Shown in pieces: positions 9,307 to 20,811 of a DNA stretch of 64,000 nt (position 1 is its first letter; each line of letters opens with the position of its first letter). The translations under genes and the position numbers were made by a program. Under the pieces are notes generated by a model that was not told the DNA's origin, did no database searches, and saw only the letters and a program-made list of their open reading frames with translations. Source of the DNA: Spirochaetia bacterium (GTDB lineage Bacteria > Spirochaetota > Spirochaetia > DAHUYW01); the NCBI GenBank assembly GCA_030041455.1, contig JASHNV010000119.1, positions 19,787 to 83,786 of the forward strand, in the 5' to 3' direction.

Positions 9307-10522
9307 GCGCTTCATCCCCTTCGCGCTTCCGTCGATCGGCGAAGAGGAGGAGCGCGGCGTCGTCGAGGTCCTCCGATCGGGATGGCTTACGACCGGACCG
9401 GTCGCGAAGCGCTTCGAGGCGGAGGTCGCCGCGCTCGTCGGCTCGCGCCACGCCCTCGCGCTCAATTCGGCGACCGCCGGGCTTCACCTCGCTCTCGAGG
9501 CGGTGGGCGTCGGAGCGGGCGACCGCGTGCTCACGACCCCCTACACCTTCGCGGCATCGGCGGAAGTCATCCGCTATCTCGGGGCGAGCCCGCTGTTCCT
9601 CGATATCGACGGGGAGACGCTCAACATCGATCCGTCCGGGGTCGAGGAGGCGCTCAGCCGGGGGCCTAGCCCGCGGGAGGGCGGCTCCATCCGCGCCGTC
9701 CTTCCCGTGCACGTCGGCGGCCTTCCCTGCCGCATGGAGCGAATCCTCGCGGCCTGCGCGGCGGCGGGGGTTCCGCTCGTCGAGGACGCCGCCCACGCCT
9801 TTCCGGTCCGGACCGAGGGGCTCGGCGGAAGGCGCGCCTACTGCGGAACCCTCGGCGCGGCGGGCGTGTACTCCTTCTACGCGACGAAGACGATCACGAC
9901 CGGCGAAGGGGGCATGCTCGTGACCGACTCCGACGAGATCGCGCGCCGCGTGTCGCTCATGCGCCTGCACGGGATCGACCGCGAGGTCTGGAACCGCTAC
10001 GTATCGCGGGACGCCGAGTGGAGATACGAGATCGTCGAGGCGGGCTACAAATACAATCTCACCGACATCGCCGCCGCGATCGGAAGGGCGCAGCTCGCGA
10101 AAGCGGCGGATTTCCTCGAGCGCCGGAGGTCGATCGCGGCGAGGTACCTCGCCGCGTTCGCCGACGCGGACTACCTCAGGCTTCCCGCGGCCTCCGACGA
10201 TCACGCCTGGCACCTCTTTACTCTCAGGATCGTTGAAGATAGACTCACGATCGACCGCGACGAGATGGTGAGAAGCCTGATGGACCACGGTATCGGTGTG
10301 AGCGTCCATTTCATCCCGCTCCACATCATGCCCTACTACCGAAACGCCTACGGCTTCAAGCCGGAGGACTTCCCGAACGCCTTGCAAGCCTACCGGACGA
10401 TATTCAGCCTCCCCATCTATCCGTCCCTGACAGACGAGCAGGTCGAGAGGGTCGTCGCCGGCGTGAGGTCCGTCGCGGAGCGTCACCGCCGAGGAAGGCC
10501 GGATGCCGGGCGAAGAGGATAG
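9290..10522 (+). CDS. DegT/DnrJ/EryC1/StrS-family PLP-dependent sugar aminotransferase (PglE/PseC-like)
   Basis: 410 aa. Conserved fold throughout (LPSIGEEEERGVVEVLRSGWLTTGPVAKRFE ... YATKTITTGEGGMLVTD). Overlaps the upstream dehydratase gene. Confidence 0.85.
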   Translation: MNPNTERFIPFALPSIGEEEERGVVEVLRSGWLTTGPVAKRFEAEVAALVGSRHALALNSATAGLHLALEAVGVGAGDRVLTTPYTFAASAEVIRYLGASPLFLDIDGETLNIDPSGVEEALSRGPSPREGGSIRAVLPVHVGGLPCRMERILAACAAAGVPLVEDAAHAFPVRTEGLGGRRAYCGTLGAAGVYSFYATKTITTGEGGMLVTDSDEIARRVSLMRLHGIDREVWNRYVSRDAEWRYEIVEAGYKYNLTDIAAAIGRAQLAKAADFLERRRSIAARYLAAFADADYLRLPAASDDHAWHLFTLRIVEDRLTIDRDEMVRSLMDHGIGVSVHFIPLHIMPYYRNAYGFKPEDFPNALQAYRTIFSLPIYPSLTDEQVERVVAGVRSVAERHRRGRPDAGRRG

Positions 10523-12542
10523 GTTCGTCGGCGACTTCCTCGGCGAGAACGCGCTCTCCTGCAACGTCATTCGCTCCGCCGTGGCGCGCGGCAGGATCCT
10601 CTCGGTGAGCCATCCGAGGCTCCCGGAGGGCGTCTTCCTCTGTAGCGCGCGGGACGTTCCCGGCGACAATCGGCTCGCCGCCCTCGGATCCCCCTGCCCG
10701 CTTCTCGCCTCGCGGGAGGTGAGCTACCGGGGCGAGGCCGTGCTGCTCCTGTGCGGAAGCGACGAGCGGGCGCTCGAGGCGATCGCCGAGGAGATCGAGA
10801 TCCGGTACGCCGAGGAGGAGCCGCTCGTCTTCTCCGCGCCGAGCGACGACCAAATCGTCGATCGGCGCGAGGTGGTGGTCGGCGATCCCGACGCGGCGCT
10901 TGCGGAAGCCTTTCAGCTCGCCGAAGGGGAATACTCAACCGGCGCCCAGGAGCACTTCGCGAGCGACCCGCACGGAGCCCTCGTCGTTCCCCGCGAGGGG
11001 GGCTGCCTCGTCTACTGCCCGACCCAGTGGCCCTTCCACGTCCGGCGCACGGTCGCCTCCGCGCTCGGCGTCGCCGAGAAGCACGTCGAGGTCAGGGTGA
11101 CGCGCATGAGCGCGCATCGGGACTCCAAGATCTGGTTTCCTTCGCTCGTCGCGGCGCACGCGGCGTTGGCGGCGCGGAAATCCGGGCGAGCGGTGCGGCT
11201 CCTCGTCGAGCCGAGCGCGACGGCCTCCTTCACTCCGAAGCGGGCGCCGACCCGCGTCTCGATCCGCACGGGACTCGACCGCGAAGGCAACCCCGTCGCC
11301 CACGACATCGGGGTCTTCGTCGACGGAGGAGCCTTCCCCGTGCTCGGCGCCGAGCTCCTCGAGCGGACGATCGAAGGCGCGCTCGGAGGCTACGCGAGCC
11401 TTCCGGTGCGGCTGCGCGGCTTTCTCGTGAAGACGAGCTCCCCTCCGCTCGACGCCTTCGTCGGTCTCGGTCTTTCACAGGGCTTCTTTGCCGCGGAAAC
11501 CCACGCTTCGCGCCTCGCCGAGCTTTCCTCGACCGATCCGTTCACGTGGAAGGAGCGAAACCTCGTGAAGACGGGGGGGCGCCTCGCCTCGGGCGGCACG
11601 CCCTCGCACTACCCTCCGCCGGAGCTCCTCAGGCGCGTCGCCGAGGTCTCGGACTTCACGCGCAAGCACGCCTCCTACGAGATGCACAAGAAGCGCCGCA
11701 CCAAGGTCCCGGAGGAGGCGAAGCCGCTCAGGGGAATCGGCCTCTCGGTCGCCTACCAGGGAAGCGGCCTCGTGGGTCGCGGGGAGGAGCGATCGAGCTC
11801 CTCGGTCGTCGCGCGGCTCGACGCCGACGGAAGCCTCCTCATCCTCACCTCCGCCGTGTCGGTCGAGGGCATGGCCGAGCGCGCGTGGATCGACGCCGCA
11901 AGCAGGATCCTCGGCATCGAGAAAAAGCGGGTCGTGGTAGCGGAGTCGCGAACGGACTCCGTGCCGGACTCCGGGCCCTCGGCGCTCTCGAGGAACGTGA
12001 CGATCGTGAGGGAGCTCGTGGAGAGCTGCTGCAACGCCGTCGTGCGAAAGCGCTTTCGGGCGGCGCTTCCCATCGAGGTCAAGAGGACCTATCGGCCTCC
12101 GCGCGCGGGCCGCTGGGACGAGGAGCGGCGGACGGGCTTCCGGTTTCCGTCTCTTTCCTGGGGCGCGGCGGTCGTCGAGACCGAGGTCGACCCGATAACG
12201 CTCGAGACCTCGATCCGCGGCATCTGGACGGCGATCTCCTGCGGCGCGGTGCTCGACCCTCGCGCGGCTCGGCGTACGATCGAGAACGGAGTTTTCCACG
12301 CCCTGTGGTGGTGCACCTCCGACCACGCCTCGGCGCGACGGCCCCGGGTTCTCGCGATTCCGCCGATCTCGGTCGACTTTCTCCCGGGGGGGCCGAAGGG
12401 CTTCGCGGGCGGGATCGAGGAGCTTGCCGGAAGCGTCATTCCGTCCGCCTACGTTTCGGCGGTCGCGCAGGCGACCGGCCGTTACTTCGACGCCCTCCCG
12501 ATCACCCCCGAGCTCGTTCACCGCTACACGGAGGAGCCATGA
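10503..12542 (+). CDS. Xanthine dehydrogenase/aldehyde oxidase-family molybdopterin-binding large subunit (divergent)
   Basis: 679 aa. Colinear with CoxL/XdhA Mo-binding subunits (for example GLGLSQGFFAAETHASRLAELSSTDPFTWKERNL aligns with the FRGFGxPQ...DP.E.R..N region). Canonical GGGFGGK is replaced by GSGLVGRGE. Overlaps the upstream aminotransferase by 20 nt. Confidence 0.7.
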   Translation: MPGEEDRFVGDFLGENALSCNVIRSAVARGRILSVSHPRLPEGVFLCSARDVPGDNRLAALGSPCPLLASREVSYRGEAVLLLCGSDERALEAIAEEIEIRYAEEEPLVFSAPSDDQIVDRREVVVGDPDAALAEAFQLAEGEYSTGAQEHFASDPHGALVVPREGGCLVYCPTQWPFHVRRTVASALGVAEKHVEVRVTRMSAHRDSKIWFPSLVAAHAALAARKSGRAVRLLVEPSATASFTPKRAPTRVSIRTGLDREGNPVAHDIGVFVDGGAFPVLGAELLERTIEGALGGYASLPVRLRGFLVKTSSPPLDAFVGLGLSQGFFAAETHASRLAELSSTDPFTWKERNLVKTGGRLASGGTPSHYPPPELLRRVAEVSDFTRKHASYEMHKKRRTKVPEEAKPLRGIGLSVAYQGSGLVGRGEERSSSSVVARLDADGSLLILTSAVSVEGMAERAWIDAASRILGIEKKRVVVAESRTDSVPDSGPSALSRNVTIVRELVESCCNAVVRKRFRAALPIEVKRTYRPPRAGRWDEERRTGFRFPSLSWGAAVVETEVDPITLETSIRGIWTAISCGAVLDPRAARRTIENGVFHALWWCTSDHASARRPRVLAIPPISVDFLPGGPKGFAGGIEELAGSVIPSAYVSAVAQATGRYFDALPITPELVHRYTEEP

Positions 12543-13021
12543 CGGTCGCTTTCATGCTGAACGGCCGAAGCGTCACGGTCAACGTCGAACCCGAACGGCG
12601 GCTCGTCGACATCCTCCGCGAGGATTTCGAGCTCACGCGCACGAAAGCCGGCTGCTACGCGGGCGACTGCGGCGCGTGCACCGTGCTGCTCAACGGCGCG
12701 CTCGCGGTGTCGTGCATGCTTCCCGCCTTCGCGCTGCGGGGCGCGAGCGTTCTCACGATCGACGGATTCTCGAGGACCCGGGACTACGGCGACATCCTTC
12801 GCTCGTTCAACGAGGCCGGCTACGCGCCGTGCGGCTACTGCGCGCAGGGGCGGATCCTCTCGGTGCACGTGCTCCTCGAGAAGCACGCCGAGCCGAGCGA
12901 GGAGCAGATCCTCTCGGGCCTCGCGGGGATCGGCTGTCAGTGCGCCGACTACTCGACGCTCCTGCGCGCGGTGAGCCTCGCGGCTTCCGCCCGCAAGAGC
13001 CGCCGGAGGGCGAGGAGGTAG
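12539..13021 (+). CDS. (2Fe-2S)-binding small subunit of the Mo-hydroxylase (CoxS/XdhC-like)
   Basis: 160 aa. Both Cys clusters present (AGCYAGDCGACTV and GYAPCGYCAQG ... GIGCQCADY). ATGA overlap with the large-subunit stop. Ends in an unusual basic tail (SARKSRRRARR) followed by TAG. Confidence 0.8.
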   Translation: MTVAFMLNGRSVTVNVEPERRLVDILREDFELTRTKAGCYAGDCGACTVLLNGALAVSCMLPAFALRGASVLTIDGFSRTRDYGDILRSFNEAGYAPCGYCAQGRILSVHVLLEKHAEPSEEQILSGLAGIGCQCADYSTLLRAVSLAASARKSRRRARR

Positions 13022-13879
13022 CGCACGGCGGAACGGCAGACGGTCATCCACGCGCCCGAGACCCTGAGCGAGCTTCTTTCGCTCTACCGGAGGCTCCCTT
13101 CCGCGCTCCTGTTCAACGGGGGCACGCACATCCTCCGCCTTCAGCCCGTCAAGCACGTCCGCCTTCCCGCGAACGTCATCAACATATCGAGGATCGAGGA
13201 GCTCCACCACATCAGCCGGACCGAGCGGCACATCGACGTGGGCTCCGCGGTGCCGATCAGCCGGATCCTCGACATCGGCGCGAACGTCCTCCCGCGCGTG
13301 ATGCATCTTGCCCTTTCCGAGCTCGGCACCCCCGCGATACGGAATCGCGCCACGCTCGGAGGCAACATCTGCATCCGAGAGCGGCGAATGAGCGCCTTTC
13401 CGGTCTACCTGCTCCTCGACATCCAGCTCGAGCTCAAGCGCGCCGGCACGACGAGGTGGATTCCGCTCAGCCGCTTCGCCCCGGGGGGCGGGAAGATCGA
13501 CCTCCAGCGAAGCGAGGTGCTCACGAGGATACGCATCCCGTTCGCGGCGTGGGATTTCGAGGTCTACCGGAGAATCAACCGGGAGACGAGCGATTCCGCC
13601 GACTTCCTGTCCTTCTGCGGGCTCGCGCGCACCGAAAAGAACGTCATCCAGGACATCCGCATCGCCTACGGGACCGCCGGATCCGAGGTGATCCGAAGCC
13701 GCGAGATCGAGAACGAGCTCGTCGGCCGGAAGCTCCCGATCGGGAAACGGGAGCTCGGCCCGATCATGGAGATCCTCGACGCGGCTCTTGCGCTCGCCGC
13801 CGACGCGCTCACGAGCTTCAAGCGGGAGCGGATTCGGAGCCTCCTCGGCTGGTTTCTCGCGGAGCTCCCGGACCGGTAG
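13022..13879 (+). CDS. FAD-binding subunit of the Mo-hydroxylase (CoxM/XdhB-like); start codon unresolved
   Basis: The conserved FAD-subunit N-terminus (VIHAPETLSELLSLYRRLPSALLFNGGTHILRLQP...) is encoded from 13022, immediately after and in frame with the TAG of the 2Fe-2S gene. No ATG/GTG/TTG occurs before the GTG at 13238. The ORF track calls 13238..13879. The C-terminal CO-dehydrogenase flavoprotein domain is present. Confidence 0.55.
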   Translation, partial: RTAERQTVIHAPETLSELLSLYRRLPSALLFNGGTHILRLQPVKHVRLPANVINISRIEELHHISRTERHIDVGSAVPISRILDIGANVLPRVMHLALSELGTPAIRNRATLGGNICIRERRMSAFPVYLLLDIQLELKRAGTTRWIPLSRFAPGGGKIDLQRSEVLTRIRIPFAAWDFEVYRRINRETSDSADFLSFCGLARTEKNVIQDIRIAYGTAGSEVIRSREIENELVGRKLPIGKRELGPIMEILDAALALAADALTSFKRERIRSLLGWFLAELPDR

Positions 13880-13895
13880 CGCCGCGCTTCGCTTC

Positions 13896-13924
13896 TTTAC
13901 AGAGCCCCGGTTGGAAGCTATAGT
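13896..13924 (+). promoter_or_regulatory. Candidate sigma70-type promoter (TTTACA-N17-TATAGT) upstream of dnaE
   Basis: Read directly from the sequence in the 215-nt intergenic region before dnaE. Spacer is exactly 17 nt. Hand-counted coordinates. Confidence 0.4.
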
Positions 13925-14094
13925 CGTTCGCGGCGGCGCGCTGGCGCCCGGCATCGGCGCGGCGTCCGAGGCGCTTCGCTCAGGGGCCTCAAGGCGGAGC
14001 GCGCGAGCGGGACATCGGAGCGGGCGGGCCGTCCGCGACGCCGGGGGTCGGAGCGTGCTTCCCGCGGGGAGCCCGGCGCGATTCTGGGGGAGCC

Positions 14095-17517
<3,423 letters not shown>

Positions 17518-17526
17518 GAGCTGCAG

Positions 17527-18114
17527 ATGCAAATAGCGATGCGCGTCGTGAGCGCTGTCATCACGGTTTACATGATAGGGATCTTCCTGCGCGTGCTTTT
17601 GACCTGGTTCCAGGGCCCGAGCATGGGGCAGCCTTTCTACCTGCTCGCCGCCGTCACGGACCCGTACCTGAGCCTTTTCCGCCGCATCCGATTCCTGCGC
17701 ACCGACAGGATCGACTTCTCGCCGCTCGTCGCCCTCATCGTGCTGGTCGTCCTCCTGAACATCACCAACACCCTCGCGAGCTACGGGACGATCACGGTCG
17801 GCATCGTGCTCGCGCTCGTTCTGCAGGCCGCGTGGTCGGCGCTCGCATTCGTCATCGTCTTCGTGCTCGTGATCGACGTCATCCGGCTCCTCGGCGAGGT
17901 CTTCAACGTGAACTCGGTTTCCGCCTTCTGGCACACCCTCGACGTCATCCTCCAGCCCTTCCTCGGCTGGGTGGCGCGCGTCGTGTTCCGATCGAGGCCG
18001 CTCACGTACCTCACCGCCCTCGTCGCAGGCGGCGTGCTTCTCCTCATTCTCGTCGTGGCGGGCCGCTTCCTCGCTCACGGGCTCATCAATCTCGTCCAGG
18101 AGCTCCCGTTCTGA
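17527..18114 (+). CDS. YggT-family membrane protein
   Basis: 195 aa, multi-pass hydrophobic. Motif LRVLLTWFQGP...TDPYLSLFRRIRFL matches the YggT signature. Confidence 0.7.
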   Translation: MQIAMRVVSAVITVYMIGIFLRVLLTWFQGPSMGQPFYLLAAVTDPYLSLFRRIRFLRTDRIDFSPLVALIVLVVLLNITNTLASYGTITVGIVLALVLQAAWSALAFVIVFVLVIDVIRLLGEVFNVNSVSAFWHTLDVILQPFLGWVARVVFRSRPLTYLTALVAGGVLLLILVVAGRFLAHGLINLVQELPF

Positions 18115-18154
18115 AGGCCCGGGGGGCCTCGCAAGCCCGGAGGCGTTAGGCGGG

Positions 18155-20233
18155 ATGTTCCTTCGCGAGCTTCGCCACCCCGTCTCGAACCTGAAGGGGG
18201 TGGGCCCCGCGACCGCCCTAGCTTTCAAGAGCGTCGGCGTCGCGACGATCGCCGATCTCCTCCTGTACTTTCCCCGCGACTACGAGGATCGAAGCCTCCC
18301 GCGGCCGCTGTCCCTCGTGTCCCGGGACGCGGAGAGCGCCGTGGTCAATACGACGGTGGTCGTCGAGCGGCAGGCCTGGGTCGGCAGGCGGTCCGGGCGG
18401 ACCCTCAAGGTGATCGTCCGCGAGATCGACGGCGGGCGCGCGTCGCTCGTGTGCTTCGGACGCAATTACCTCGGCAAGACGCTCCTTCCCGGGGAGCGTT
18501 TCTCCCTGTTCGGAAGCTTTACCTGGCGGTACGGCGAGCTCACGAGCTCCAATTTCGAGGTCGAGCTCTCTAGCGAGCGCGCCCCTTCGGCGAACAACAT
18601 CGTGCCGATCTATCCCTTGACCGAAGGCCTGAGCCAAGCCGGCGTGCGGAAGGCGGTCGCGCGCGCGCTTGCCGAGTACGGCGACCACCTCGCCGACGAG
18701 CTCCCTCGCGAGATCATGACTCGGCGGCTCCTCCTCGGCAAGGCGGCCGGACTCCGCGGGCTCCACGTTCCCGACTCGGCGGAGGGCGTCGAGCGGGCCC
18801 GCTTCACCCTTGCCTACGAGGAGCTCTTCTACCTCCAGCTCATCGTCGGCCGGCGCACGCTTCGCCGCCGCGCCCTCGTGCGTCCGCGCAGAGCCTTCTC
18901 CACGCTCCTTCAGGAGAAGCTCGTGACGAGGCTTCCCTTCGCGCTCACCGCGGACCAGCGCACGGCGCTCGACGAGATCAACCGCGATCTCGCCTCCGAT
19001 CGGCCGATGGCGCGCCTGCTGCAGGGGGAAGTCGGCTCGGGCAAGACCCTCGTGTCGCTCCTCTCCGCGCTCGCCGCCGCGGAGTCGGGCCTGCAGGTCG
19101 CCCTCATGGCGCCGACCGAGCTCCTCGCGCGCCAGCACGCCGAGACCGCGGCCGGGCTCCTCGCTCCCCTCGGCGTGCGGCTCGCGTTTCTCAGCGGGAA
19201 CGTGAAGGACGCAAGCCGCTCCCGGCTCCTCGAGGCGCTACGCGCGGGGGAGATCGATCTCGTCGTCGGGACTCACGCGCTTTTCGCCCGGGGCGTCGCG
19301 TTCCGCCGTCTCGGCCTCGTCATCGTCGACGAGCAGCACCGCTTCGGCGTCGCGCAGCGTCTCGCCCTCGTCGAGAAGGGCGAGACGCCCGACCTCCTCC
19401 TCATGACCGCCACGCCGATCCCCCGAACCCTCGCGCTCACGGTGTTCGGCGACCTCGACGTTTCCACGATCCGGACCCTCCCGGCCGGACGGAAGCCGGT
19501 CGCGACCCACCTCGCGAGGGAGGGCAACGAGCAGAAGGTGTACGACTGGGTCCGCTCCGAGATCGGCCGCGGACGGCAGGCCTACTTCGTCTACCCGATC
19601 ATCCGCTCCTCCGAGAGTCTCAACGTGAAGGACGCCGAGTCGACGTTCCTCCACCTGCGCGACACGGTCTTCGCGGGCTTCCGGGTGGCGCTGTGCCACT
19701 CCGAGCTCGGCGAGGAGGAGAAGGCCGACGTCATGAGACGCTTCGCCGAGCGGCAGATCGACGTGCTCGTCGCGACGAGCGTCGTCGAGGTCGGCGTCGA
19801 CGCGCCGAACGCGACGGTCATGGTCGTCGAGCACGCCGAGCGCTTCGGCCTCGCCGCGCTCCACCAGCTGCGCGGCCGGGTCGGACGGGGAAGCGAGCGC
19901 TCCTACGCTTTCCTCGTCTACGGCGAGCCGCTCAGCGAAGAGGGCAAGCGCCGCCTGAAGGCGGTGAAGGAGACGAACGACGGCTTCAAGCTCTCCGAGG
20001 AGGACCTCCGCCTGCGCGGCCCCGGAGAGCTCGCCGGGCGCAGGCAGTCGGGCTACATCAAGCTCTCCGTCGCGAACCTCGTCACCGACCTCCCGATCGT
20101 GAAGCTCGCCCGCGAGGACGCCTTTGATCTCCTCAAGAAGGATCCCGGACTGCTCGCCGACGAGCACGCCTGCGTGCGCGAGGTGCTCGATCGCGCGCCG
20201 CCCTTCGCCGACGACGCGTTTGAGGGAGGCTGA
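18155..20233 (+). CDS. recG: ATP-dependent DNA helicase RecG
   Basis: 692 aa. Helicase motifs present (GEVGSGKT, DEQHRFG, TATPIPRTL). RecG-specific C-terminal region. Confidence 0.9.
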   Translation: MFLRELRHPVSNLKGVGPATALAFKSVGVATIADLLLYFPRDYEDRSLPRPLSLVSRDAESAVVNTTVVVERQAWVGRRSGRTLKVIVREIDGGRASLVCFGRNYLGKTLLPGERFSLFGSFTWRYGELTSSNFEVELSSERAPSANNIVPIYPLTEGLSQAGVRKAVARALAEYGDHLADELPREIMTRRLLLGKAAGLRGLHVPDSAEGVERARFTLAYEELFYLQLIVGRRTLRRRALVRPRRAFSTLLQEKLVTRLPFALTADQRTALDEINRDLASDRPMARLLQGEVGSGKTLVSLLSALAAAESGLQVALMAPTELLARQHAETAAGLLAPLGVRLAFLSGNVKDASRSRLLEALRAGEIDLVVGTHALFARGVAFRRLGLVIVDEQHRFGVAQRLALVEKGETPDLLLMTATPIPRTLALTVFGDLDVSTIRTLPAGRKPVATHLAREGNEQKVYDWVRSEIGRGRQAYFVYPIIRSSESLNVKDAESTFLHLRDTVFAGFRVALCHSELGEEEKADVMRRFAERQIDVLVATSVVEVGVDAPNATVMVVEHAERFGLAALHQLRGRVGRGSERSYAFLVYGEPLSEEGKRRLKAVKETNDGFKLSEEDLRLRGPGELAGRRQSGYIKLSVANLVTDLPIVKLAREDAFDLLKKDPGLLADEHACVREVLDRAPPFADDAFEGG

Positions 20234-20235
20234 CG

Positions 20236-20787
20236 GTGCGGATCACCGGGGGAGCGTACGTGAGGAGAACGATCAAGGTGCCGAAGGGCGAGATCCGGCC
20301 GGCGATGGACCGGATGCGGGTCTCGGTCTTCGCCGCCCTCGGCGATCTCGAAGGGCTCTCGTTTCTCGACCTTTTCAGCGGCTCCGGCGTCGTCGGGATC
20401 GAGGCCGCCTCGCGCGGCGCCGCTCCGGTCACGCTCGTGGAGCGCGACCGGGGCAAGCGGGAGGTCATCCTCGAGAACCTGCGCATCGTCGAGTCGACCA
20501 TACGGCTGAGGATCATGCCGGCCGAGCGGTTCGTCGAGACCTCCCGGGGCGTCTTCGACGTCGTGTTCCTCGATCCGCCCTTCGCCTACGGGTCGAAGGA
20601 GGCGCTCGTCAGGCGGATCGCCGAGCGCGGAATCGTCGGCGGCACGCTGCTCATCCACCTTCCGGCAAGCGAGAGCCTTCCCGAGATGATCGGAGACCTC
20701 GCCCGCTACGACTTCAGGCGTTACGGCCGCTCGACGGTCGCCTTCTACCGCCGGGAGCCGGCCGCCCCGAAAGCCCCGGCGAGGTGA
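20236..20787 (+). CDS. rsmD: 16S rRNA (guanine966-N2)-methyltransferase RsmD
   Basis: 183 aa. GTG start. Motifs DLFSGSGVVGIEAASRGA and VFLDPPFAYG are typical of RsmD. Confidence 0.8.
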   Translation: MRITGGAYVRRTIKVPKGEIRPAMDRMRVSVFAALGDLEGLSFLDLFSGSGVVGIEAASRGAAPVTLVERDRGKREVILENLRIVESTIRLRIMPAERFVETSRGVFDVVFLDPPFAYGSKEALVRRIAERGIVGGTLLIHLPASESLPEMIGDLARYDFRRYGRSTVAFYRREPAAPKAPAR

Positions 20788-20811
20788 CCAAAGCCGTCGA
20801 TATCTGCTATC

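Noticed and set aside
10751-13021. 756-aa ORF ending at the 2Fe-2S subunit stop
   Set aside because: Same frame as the small subunit but extended upstream across the large-subunit gene in a different frame. The real start is the ATG at 12539 coupled to the large-subunit stop.
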